Below are positions 8,923 through 16,264 of a stretch of DNA of 64,000 bases, piece after piece; the stretch's first letter is position 1; each line of letters starts with the position of its first letter. The position numbers and the translations under genes were made by a program. Under the pieces are notes generated by a model that saw only the letters and a list, made by a program, of their open reading frames with translations, searched no databases and was not told the origin of the DNA. Origin of the DNA: Tepidiformaceae bacterium (lineage in GTDB: Bacteria > Chloroflexota > Dehalococcoidia > Tepidiformales > Tepidiformaceae); the NCBI GenBank assembly GCA_965203115.1, contig OZ241859.1, positions 817,964 to 881,963 of the forward strand, read 5' to 3'.

Positions 8923-9690
8923 CTAGCCCGTTCCGCCTTTGTCCAGCGCCGCCAGCAGACGCGCCTTGTCCGCCACGAACTCCGGGTCCGTCACGATGTC
9001 CGGGTGGCGCGGGCGCGGGTAGTCGACCTCGAAGCGGGCGGCCATGCGCGCCGGACGCGGCGTCATCACGTAGGCCACGTCCGAGAGGATGAGCGCCTCC
9101 TCCACGTCATGCGTCACGAACAGCACCGTGCGCGCGTCGCTCGCCCAGACCTCCTGCAGCCACTGGTGCATCTCCCGACGCGTGATCGCGTCCAGCGCCC
9201 CGAACGGCTCGTCCAGCAGGAGCACGTGGCGCGGCACGAGGAACGTCCGCAGCAGCGCCAGGCGCTGACGCATCCCCCCGCTCAGCTGCGAGGGCCAGCT
9301 TTCCTCGAAGCCCGCCAGCCCGAACCGTTCGAACAGGTCGAGCGCGTGCCGGCGCGCCTCCGCCTTCGGCTCGCCCGCGATCTCCGCGCCCAGCACGGCG
9401 TTCCCGATCGCCTTCCGCCACGGGAGCAGCAGGTCCTTCTGCGGCATGTAGGCCGCCAGGCCCGGCTCCCCGACGGTCGACTGCCCTTCGATCAGCGCCT
9501 CGCCCGCGTCCGGCGCCAGCAGCCCCGCGAGCACCTGCAGCAGCGTGCTCTTGCCGCAGCCGCTCGGCCCTACGAGGCTCACGAACGCGCCCGGCGCCGC
9601 CTCCAGGTCCACCCCGTCGAGCACCTCGACGGGGCGGGTTCCCGGAAACGTGTGCCGCAGCCCGCGGATGGCGACGGCTGCTTCGCTCAT
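8923..9690 (-). CDS. ABC transporter ATP-binding protein (NitT/TauT/ThiZ-like)
   Basis: In-frame ATG at 9690 (MSEAAVAIRGL...). It has Walker A GPSGCGKST, signature LSGGMRQR and Walker B LLLDEP. The upstream part of track ORF 8923..10524 is a frame artefact. Confidence 0.9.
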   Translation of the reverse strand: MSEAAVAIRGLRHTFPGTRPVEVLDGVDLEAAPGAFVSLVGPSGCGKSTLLQVLAGLLAPDAGEALIEGQSTVGEPGLAAYMPQKDLLLPWRKAIGNAVLGAEIAGEPKAEARRHALDLFERFGLAGFEESWPSQLSGGMRQRLALLRTFLVPRHVLLLDEPFGALDAITRREMHQWLQEVWASDARTVLFVTHDVEEALILSDVAYVMTPRPARMAARFEVDYPRPRHPDIVTDPEFVADKARLLAALDKGGTG

Positions 9691-9698
9691 CGCTCCCC

Positions 9699-10697
9699 CT
9701 ACGGGAGGAAGTCGTTCGTGAACGCGTCCTCCACGTCGATCGCCGACTCGGTCAGCCCCGCCTCGCGCAGGAAGCTCTCGAAGCGGGTCCAGACGTCCAG
9801 CTCCTGCCGGCCCCAGTTGTCGGGGTCGGAGGTGTATCGCTCGGCAAGATACGCCGCGCTCGCCTTCACCAGCTCCTCGTCCAGCTCCGGCGCGGCTTCG
9901 AGCAGGATCTCGGCCGCTTCCTCGGGGTTCTCGATCGCGTAGCGATAGCCCCGCGCCGTCGCCTCCATGAAGGCCTCGACCAGGTCGGAGTCCTCGTCGA
10001 TCAGCGACTCGCTCGTCACGATCATCGGCGTGTACCAGTCGGGGATGCAGTCCGTGTGGTCGATGAAGCGCACGAACGACACGTCCCGGCCCAGCACCTC
10101 CGTGTAGCGGATGCCGTCCCAGGCGTCGAAGATCCAGACGAAGTCGTAGTCGCCCTGCTCCATGCCGACGATGTAATCGACGTTCCCGATGATGGCGTAC
10201 TCGACCGTGTCCGGGTCGCCCCCGCCGCACTCGACGAGCTTCGAGATGAGCGCTGACTCCAGCGCTCCGCCCCAGCCGCCGTAGGTCTTGCCGGCGAGGT
10301 CGCCGGGGCCTTCGATCCCCTCTTCGGCGAGGGCGATCAGGCTCGACGTGTTGTGCTCGATGACGGCCGCGATGGCGACGACCGGGATGCCCTGCTCGCG
10401 CGCCGGGATCACGCTCTCCTGCACCGAGATGCCGAAGTGCGCGACTCCGGCTCCCACCGCCTGGTCGACGATGTTCTCGCCGGGCTGGACGATCTCGACG
10501 TTGAGGCCGGCGTCCTCGTACCACCCCTTCGCCTTCGCGATGTAGACGCCCGCGTGGTTCGTGTTCGGCGTCCAGTCGAGCATGAAGGTGACGTCCGTGG
10601 GCTCGTCCGGTTCGTCGTCGCCGCAGGCGATGACGACCAGCCCCAGCGCCACCAGCAGCAGGGGTATCAGCAGGTACCGTGCGTTCAGGAATCTCAT
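9699..10697 (-). CDS. ABC substrate-binding lipoprotein, NMT1/THI5 (ThiY-like) family
   Basis: ATG at 10697 gives the signal/lipobox MRFLNARYLLIPLLLVALGLVVIACG. The body is NMT1/THI5-like (FMLDWTPNTNHAGVYIAKAKGWY). Confidence 0.85.
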   Translation of the reverse strand: MRFLNARYLLIPLLLVALGLVVIACGDDEPDEPTDVTFMLDWTPNTNHAGVYIAKAKGWYEDAGLNVEIVQPGENIVDQAVGAGVAHFGISVQESVIPAREQGIPVVAIAAVIEHNTSSLIALAEEGIEGPGDLAGKTYGGWGGALESALISKLVECGGGDPDTVEYAIIGNVDYIVGMEQGDYDFVWIFDAWDGIRYTEVLGRDVSFVRFIDHTDCIPDWYTPMIVTSESLIDEDSDLVEAFMEATARGYRYAIENPEEAAEILLEAAPELDEELVKASAAYLAERYTSDPDNWGRQELDVWTRFESFLREAGLTESAIDVEDAFTNDFLP

Positions 10698-11536
10698 GAG
10701 CCGTTCTCTCCTTGGTCGTTGGCGTATTTCCATGGCGAGGCGACCCTCGCCAGCAGGTGCACCGCCACGAAGAGGGCGATGCTGAGAAGCGCGATCACGA
10801 CGATCGCGGCGAAGATCTGGTCGGTCTGGTAGGCCGAGCGGGAGCGGATGATGAAGATTCCCAGGCCGCTCTGCGCTCCCACCCACTCGCCGAAGATCGC
10901 CCCGATGACCGCGTAGGCGGCGGCGATCTTGAGTCCCGCGAAGAACGAGGGAACTGCGGAGGGGATGAGCACGTGCCGCAGGACCTCCAGCCTGCTCGCC
11001 CCCATGCTGCGAACCAGCGCCACCATCTCCCGGTCCGCCGATGCGAGGCCGTCAACCGTGCTCACGACGATCGGGAAGAAGCAGACCAGTCCCACGACCG
11101 TGACCTTTGGCTCGATCCCAAGGCCGAGCCAGACGACGAGCAGCGGGGCCAGCACGATCATCGGGATCGTCTGGGACGTGACCGCGATCGGGTAGAGGAC
11201 GCGGCGCACGATGGGGATGCTCGCGATCAGCACCGCCAGGATCACGCCGCCCGCGGCAGCGGCCCCGATTCCGGCGATCGCCTCCACCGCCGTCGTTCGG
11301 ATGTGGGCGGGGAAGAGGTGACCCTTCTCGGCAAACACATCCCAGATGGCGCTAGGCGCCGGCAGGATGTACGGCCGTGTGTCGAGCACCTCGACCATCA
11401 GCTCCCACAGCCCCACGAGCGCCGCCAGCAACACGAGCGCCGGCGCGTACTCCCAGGCCGCGCCGCCCCAGCGCCCCAGCAGCCGCCCCCCTCGCAGGGG
11501 AAGCGTGCGCGGCAGGGAGGGAACCTCAGCTGCCAT
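10694..11536 (-). CDS. ABC transporter permease (NitT/TauT/ThiX-like)
   Basis: 280 aa, multi-TM, with an EAA-like loop. It has an ATGA overlap with the binding-protein gene. Confidence 0.9.
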   Translation of the reverse strand: MAAEVPSLPRTLPLRGGRLLGRWGGAAWEYAPALVLLAALVGLWELMVEVLDTRPYILPAPSAIWDVFAEKGHLFPAHIRTTAVEAIAGIGAAAAGGVILAVLIASIPIVRRVLYPIAVTSQTIPMIVLAPLLVVWLGLGIEPKVTVVGLVCFFPIVVSTVDGLASADREMVALVRSMGASRLEVLRHVLIPSAVPSFFAGLKIAAAYAVIGAIFGEWVGAQSGLGIFIIRSRSAYQTDQIFAAIVVIALLSIALFVAVHLLARVASPWKYANDQGENGS

Positions 11537-11825
11537 CGCGGAACTTCCCGGTCAGGCTGTCGATGGTCGGCCCGCCTGCCTGGGCCGTCTGCTCGACCTT
11601 GATGACGGTCACGAGACCCTGCGCGCCCGCGTTCAGGCAGGCCTCGTGGACCTGCCGCATCAGCGGCCAGACCTCGTCGGGTTCGCCCTCGACGGTCGTG
11701 CCGAGGGCGCCCACCTCGTACTTCAGTCCCGAGCTCTGCACCGCTCCGATGGCGGCGTCGATGTGCTTGTAGGGGTCGTCGGGTGTGCCGGCGGGGCTCG
11801 CCAGGCACTGCAGTTCCACGATCAT
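11526..11825 (-). CDS. MTH1187/YkoF-family thiamine-binding protein
   Basis: ATG at 11825 is preceded by aaggaggg. The sequence is MIVELQCLASPAGT...KYEVGALGTTVEGEPDEVW. It is the first gene downstream of the TPP riboswitch. Confidence 0.8.
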   Translation of the reverse strand: MIVELQCLASPAGTPDDPYKHIDAAIGAVQSSGLKYEVGALGTTVEGEPDEVWPLMRQVHEACLNAGAQGLVTVIKVEQTAQAGGPTIDSLTGKFRDGS

Positions 11826-11988
11826 GCGCGCCCTCCTTGCGCTGCCGGGGGCGCCCGATCGGTCGGAACCTGGGGAGAAAGGGTGAGGCCGGCTCAGCGT
11901 CTGTTCGCTGAACCCCTGCCGGGCAGGCACGTCGAACTCCGGCGCCTCTGCGCCGCACTCGTACTTGCTGCCGAAGCTGTTACCTTCA

Positions 11989-12072
11989 CGCCGCTTCCCT
12001 ACGCTCGCATTACCGAGATCAGGTTCCTGGGGTGGTCCTCGCGGATCTCAGCCTTTCGGCCCCCCCGGCGGC
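11989..12072 (-). promoter_or_regulatory. TPP (THI-box) riboswitch
   Basis: The minus strand reads cgccgggggggccgaaaggCUGAGAuccgcgaggaccaccccaggAACCUGAUCucgGUAAUgcgAGCGUAGGGAagcggcg. It contains the conserved CUGAGA and ACCUGAUC...GUAAU...AGCGUAGGGA elements and a closing P1 (CGCCG/CGGCG). It lies upstream of the ykoF-like/thiXYZ-like operon. Confidence 0.85.
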
Positions 12073-12222
12073 AGATTCCGTATCCGGAATTTGCACCCTC
12101 CACGCTAGGCGCGGCCTTCCCCTGCGTCAACCGCCGCCCCGCCGCCTGACCCTGTACGCGCATGGCGGTATACTCGCGTGGCTTTAGCGATTCCATCCTC
12201 AGGCAATCACAGGGAGGCCCCA

Positions 12223-13440
12223 GTGGCAGTAGCCTCAACGACCCTCGAAGGGACCGCGCTCGAGCGCGTCCACAAGCTCACCCAGGTCATTCGCGAAGGC
12301 GGCGACGAAGCCCAGAAGCTGCGCCGCCTCCCCGACGAGACCGTCGACATCCTCATCGACGAGGGCATCTTCCGCTTCACCCTCCCGCCCGAGCTCGGCG
12401 GCGAGGATGCCAGCTCCATGGAGACCATCGAGGTCCTCGAAGCCATCTCCGCCATCGACGCTTCCGTCGGCTGGAACGTGATGATCGGCTCCGAGATCAA
12501 CGCCATGGCCGCCGGCGGCATGGACAAGGACCTCGCCAAGGAGGTCTACCTCGATAACCCGCGCGTCATCATGTGCGGCGGCGGCGGCCCCGGGACGATC
12601 CCCGGCAAGGCCGTCGAGCAGCCCAACGGCGACTACAAGATCTGGGGCCAGACCACCTTCCAGAGCGGCTGCCACCAGGTCGAGTGGGCCTTCATGTCCT
12701 GCCCCATCTACGAAAGCGAAGATGCCGAGGGCCCGATCATGGACGAGGCCATGGGCATGCCGAAGATGAAGATGTTCTTCGTCAACAAGTCCAAGTTCGA
12801 GATCGTCGACACCTGGGACGTCGCCGGCCTGCGCGGCTCCGGCAGCCACGACGTCAAGTGCGACGGCGCCATCATCGAGAAGAAGTGGCGGGACGTTGAG
12901 CTGGTGTCGCTGCCGGCGCACTACCCCAACCCCGTGTTCCGCATCCCGGTTCCCCTGCGCCTTTCCTACAACAAGGCGGCGGTGGCCCTCGGTGTCGGCC
13001 GCGGCGCCCTCGACGTGTTCGAGGACCTCGCCCAGAACAAGGTCCCGATGCTCTCCAGCGGCACCCTCCGCGAGCGCCCCGTCGCCCAGTACCGCACGGG
13101 CGAGGCGGAGGCGACCGTGCAGGCCGCCCGCGCGTTCGTGATGGAGTCGATGCGCGAGGTCGAGGACGAGCTTCACGCCGGCGCCGAGCACCCCAGCGCG
13201 GAGATCACGAAGAAGGCGCGGCTCGCCTGCACCTTCGCGGCCAACGCCTGCATGCACGCTGTGGACCTGATCCACAACACCGCCGGCACCACCGGCGCGC
13301 GCATGTACAGCCCGCTCGAGCGCAAGCTCCGCGACGCGCACGGCTGCGCCTCCCACCGCTGGGTCGCGCACCCGTTGTACGAGACGATCGGCAAGCTCTA
13401 CCTGGGCCACGAGCCCGACTTCGAGTTCCAGGGCGCCTAG
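12223..13440 (+). CDS. Acyl-CoA dehydrogenase-family protein (type-2/flavin monooxygenase-like)
   Basis: ACAD-like sequence across the ORF. The preferred start is GTG 12223, 6 nt after the RBS agggagg. The track start at 12178 is the alternative. Confidence 0.85.
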   Translation: MAVASTTLEGTALERVHKLTQVIREGGDEAQKLRRLPDETVDILIDEGIFRFTLPPELGGEDASSMETIEVLEAISAIDASVGWNVMIGSEINAMAAGGMDKDLAKEVYLDNPRVIMCGGGGPGTIPGKAVEQPNGDYKIWGQTTFQSGCHQVEWAFMSCPIYESEDAEGPIMDEAMGMPKMKMFFVNKSKFEIVDTWDVAGLRGSGSHDVKCDGAIIEKKWRDVELVSLPAHYPNPVFRIPVPLRLSYNKAAVALGVGRGALDVFEDLAQNKVPMLSSGTLRERPVAQYRTGEAEATVQAARAFVMESMREVEDELHAGAEHPSAEITKKARLACTFAANACMHAVDLIHNTAGTTGARMYSPLERKLRDAHGCASHRWVAHPLYETIGKLYLGHEPDFEFQGA

Positions 13441-13466
13441 CCGAACCACCCCTCCGCACCCACACC

Positions 13467-13496
13467 AAGAGGCCGGGCAAATCGCCCGGCCTCTTT
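13467..13496. terminator. Bidirectional stem-loop between convergent genes
   Basis: aagaggccgggc-aaatc-gcccggcctctt forms a perfect 12-bp stem. It is flanked by A-rich and T-rich runs and sits between the stops at 13440 (+) and 13505 (-). Confidence 0.6.
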
Positions 13497-13504
13497 GCGT
13501 CGCG

Positions 13505-14695
13505 TCAGCCGATAACGCCCGCTTCCGCCAGTTCCGCCAGTTCGTCGTCGCCCAGCCCCAGGTCGTCCGTCAGCACCTCGTGGGTGTGCTGGCCGAGGAG
13601 CGGCGAGCCCACGAGCGGCACGTCGCTCGCCGACATGCGCGGCGGCCACCCGAGCAACTGCACCTCGCCCCATTCCTGGTGCTCGATCGTCTTCACGAAG
13701 CCGCGTTCGTTCAGGTGCGGGTTCTCGTAGATGTCCTGCGTGTCGAGCACGGCTCCGCAGGGCACGCCCGCCTCGCCCAGGAGGCGCATCACCTCGTGCT
13801 TGTCCCGCTGCCGCGTCCACGCCTCGATCTCGGCGGTCAGGGCGTCGCTGTTGTCGCGCCGCGCGCCGGCCGTCGCGAACCGCTCGTCCTCGCGCAGGTC
13901 CGGCCGCCCGATGGCGTCGCAGAAGGCATCCCACATGCGGGGCGTCACGATCAGGAGGATGACGTAGTCGTTCGGCCCGCCGGGGGCGCACGCGTAGAGG
14001 CGGGAGGTCGCCTGCGCCCCCTGGCCCGTGCGCGGCGCGGCCTTGCGACCCCAGTCCGCCCCGCTCGAGATGGCCGTCCGCAGCCAGTAGGTCATCGCCT
14101 CCTGCATGGAGATTTCGAGGGCCTGTCCCTCGCCCGTCCGCAGCCGCTGGATGTAGGCCGCGCAGATGGCGAGCGCCATCTGCACGCCCGTGCCCGAGTC
14201 GCCCACCGTGATCCCGGGGCGCAGGGGCGGCCCGTCGGGCTCGCCCGTCACCGCCACGGAGCCGCCCGCCGCCTGCGCGATCATGTCGAAGCACTTGTAG
14301 TCCGAGTAGGGGCCCGACAGCCCGAAGCCCTTGATGCGCGCGTAGATGATCGCCGGGTTGGCCGCCTTCATCACGTCGTAGGTCAGGCCGAGCTTCTCCA
14401 TCACGCCCGGCCCGTAGTTCTCGACGAATACGTCGTACTGCGGCGCCAGCCGGAGCAGGATCTCCCGGCCGCGCTCGTCCTGCAGGTCCAGCGCGAGGCT
14501 GCGCTTGTTGCTGTTCCAGTTGACGAAGTAGGGCGAGTTGTCCTGTCCCGTGTAGACGCCGCGCCCGGGGTCGCCCACGCCCGGCCGCTCGATCTTCACC
14601 ACGTCCGCGCCCAGCCACGCGAGCGCCTGCGTACACGAGGTTCCCGCCTCGTACTGCGTCATGTCGAGGATTCGCACTCCATCCAGCGCCGGCAT
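13505..14695 (-). CDS. CoA transferase family III (CaiB/BaiF-type)
   Basis: 396 aa. It shows the typical N-terminus LDGVRILDMTQYEAGTSCTQALAWLGADVVKIERPG. Confidence 0.9.
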   Translation of the reverse strand: MPALDGVRILDMTQYEAGTSCTQALAWLGADVVKIERPGVGDPGRGVYTGQDNSPYFVNWNSNKRSLALDLQDERGREILLRLAPQYDVFVENYGPGVMEKLGLTYDVMKAANPAIIYARIKGFGLSGPYSDYKCFDMIAQAAGGSVAVTGEPDGPPLRPGITVGDSGTGVQMALAICAAYIQRLRTGEGQALEISMQEAMTYWLRTAISSGADWGRKAAPRTGQGAQATSRLYACAPGGPNDYVILLIVTPRMWDAFCDAIGRPDLREDERFATAGARRDNSDALTAEIEAWTRQRDKHEVMRLLGEAGVPCGAVLDTQDIYENPHLNERGFVKTIEHQEWGEVQLLGWPPRMSASDVPLVGSPLLGQHTHEVLTDDLGLGDDELAELAEAGVIG

Positions 14696-14766
14696 GAGGT
14701 CCCTCCCGAGACATCGAACGTCAGGCGCAGTCTAGAGCGTTCACGGCAAGCCCCGCGCCGCGCTTT

Positions 14767-15327
14767 GTGCCTGGCCGGCGGCCCGCCTACGCTGGCTCGG
14801 TGCCCCCGGAACGCATCCGCGTCGACTTCCGCAAGTACCCCGACGCCCAGCACTGGCAGTACGACCTCCGCTGGCTCGCCGAGGACGAGTACGGCACATG
14901 GCTCTGGGGCCCGCCGGGCACGCGCGCCCAGCGCAGCGACGAGCCGCCCATCACGTTCAGCTCCACCAACCTCAAGCTCGTCACCGACGGCTGGTGGGCG
15001 GGCATCTGGCAGGCATCCGGCGAACCCGAGGTCTATGTCGACATCGCCACTCCGGCGGTGTGGAGCGAGGGCAGGGTCACGCTGATCGACCTCGACCTGG
15101 ACGTGGTGCGCCTCCGCTCCGGCGCCGTCCGCATCCTGGACGAGGACGAGTTCGCCGAGCACCAGGTCGCCCTCGGCTACCCCCGGGAGCTGATCGAGGG
15201 CGCCCGCGAAGCGTGCGAGCGCGTGCGCGTCATGCTCGAACGCAACGAGGAGCCCTTCGCCACCGCCGCCGCCACCCGCCTCGCCCAGGCGGTCGCGCTC
15301 GCGAAGGAGCAGCCGGGCGACGGGTAG
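14767..15327 (+). CDS. DUF402-domain protein (nucleoside di/triphosphatase-like family)
   Basis: 186 aa with DUF402-like motifs (VYVDIATP...LIDLDLDVV...ILDEDEF). The start is GTG 14767; the alternative is GTG 14800. Confidence 0.75.
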   Translation: MPGRRPAYAGSVPPERIRVDFRKYPDAQHWQYDLRWLAEDEYGTWLWGPPGTRAQRSDEPPITFSSTNLKLVTDGWWAGIWQASGEPEVYVDIATPAVWSEGRVTLIDLDLDVVRLRSGAVRILDEDEFAEHQVALGYPRELIEGAREACERVRVMLERNEEPFATAAATRLAQAVALAKEQPGDG

Positions 15328-15369
15328 GGACTCGGCCGGGGTGGGGGACCGATGCGAGTGGGTTTGAAG

Positions 15370-15445
15370 TGGTACGCCAGAGAGGATTCGAACCTCTGAC
15401 CTCTACCTCCGCAGGGTAGCGCTCTATCCACTGAGCTACTGGCGC
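15370..15445 (-). tRNA. tRNA-Arg, anticodon read as GCG
   Basis: The reverse complement is gcgccagtagctcagtggatagagcgCTACCcuGCGgaGGTAGaggtcagaggttcgaatcctctctggcgtacca. It folds as a cloverleaf with U33 before GCG, and CCA is encoded. Confidence 0.85.
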
Positions 15446-15453
15446 ACGTTTTC

Positions 15454-15541
15454 TGGTGCCGAAGGTGAGATTTGAACTCACACGCCCGCAAGGGGCACTA
15501 CGCCCTGAACGTAGCGCGTCTGCCTGTTCCGCCACTTCGGC
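15454..15541 (-). tRNA. tRNA-Leu (anticodon CAG), long variable arm
   Basis: The reverse complement is gccgaagtggcggaacaggcagacgcgCTACGuuCAGggCGTAGtgccccttgcgggcgtgtgagttcaaatctcaccttcggcacca. This is close to the canonical bacterial Leu-CAG pattern. Confidence 0.9.
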
Positions 15542-15637
15542 GCCATCGACCATTATCTTCCGGCGCCCGCTCGCCTTCAAACCGCGCCCCGCGCGCTGGC
15601 GGATGAGGTGGGTCGGCTCTAGACTCGGAAGCGCGTT

Positions 15638-15714
15638 GGGCGGTTAGCTCAGATGGTTAGAGCGCGTCGTTCACACCGACGAGGCCACTGGTTCGAGTCC
15701 AGTATCGCCCACCA
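15638..15714 (+). tRNA. tRNA-Val (anticodon CAC)
   Basis: gggcggttagctcagatggttagagcgCGTCGuuCACacCGACGaggccactggttcgagtccagtatcgcccacca. CCA is encoded. Confidence 0.9.
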
Positions 15715-15729
15715 GCACGTACCGTACTC

Positions 15730-15896
15730 ATAACTTGGCCTGACAGGGCGACGTCGGCGGCGTCTCCGCCCCCGATGGGGCTGTCCGGCGGGGTCGGGAT
15801 CGTGTAGTGGATCGTGGCGGCGCCGGGGGCGACGGCGATCTCCTTCACGAACGAGCGGATGAAGGCCTTCGACTCGGTCAGTTCGCTCGTCCCCTG
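15730..15896 (-). pseudogene. C-terminal remnant of a large serine recombinase-like gene abutting tRNA-Val
   Basis: The minus-strand frame reads (stop)TYQGTSELTESKAFIRSFVKEIAVAPGAATIHYTIPTPPDSPIGGG.... This resembles the C-terminal ...F(I/L)RSFV(K/E)EI.V......I.YTIP segment of large serine recombinases. An in-frame stop lies immediately upstream, and the frame runs antisense into the tRNA. Confidence 0.4.
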
Positions 15897-15999
15897 GTAC
15901 GTCTACCGTTTCACCTGCTGAGGCTTTGCGATCGCAGCTGTTCGCAGCGTGAACGACGACCTGCGAGCCGCAGGTCGCAACTGTGACGAGCTCCAGGGC

Positions 16000-16260
16000 C
16001 TACCCGGTGACGGTGAACAGGTCGTAGAAGTCCAGCCCGAGCACGCGCAGCAGGCGTCTCCGCACCTCCGGCGAGGGGCAGCGCGCGCCACTCATGAGCT
16101 GGGAGAGATAGCCCGAGGAGATCCCGACCCGGCGCGCAAGCTCGTTCTGGGAGATGTGCCGCTCCTCGAGGAAGGCCCACACCGGGGCCCGGTTGAGGGT
16201 GACCCGCAGCGGGTTGCGCCGGTAGGTCATCGCACCGTTACCCGCGGACGGAGCGCCCAT
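16000..16260 (-). CDS. XRE-family helix-turn-helix transcriptional regulator
   Basis: 86 aa with an HTH (ISQNELARRVGISSGYLSQLMSG). An alternative start is ATG 16230. Confidence 0.8.
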   Translation of the reverse strand: MGAPSAGNGAMTYRRNPLRVTLNRAPVWAFLEERHISQNELARRVGISSGYLSQLMSGARCPSPEVRRRLLRVLGLDFYDLFTVTG

Positions 16261-16264
16261 CCCC

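Noticed and set aside
15454-15541. Long-arm tRNA as a possible tRNA-Sec, given that selA is in the window
   Set aside because: The anticodon loop is UUCAGGG (CAG, not UCA). The acceptor and D-arm match canonical tRNA-Leu, so it is an ordinary tRNA-Leu.
15657-15848. 63-aa minus-strand ORF as an intact gene
   Set aside because: Its 3' third is antisense to tRNA-Val and its sequence matches only the extreme C-terminus of recombinases. It is treated as a remnant.
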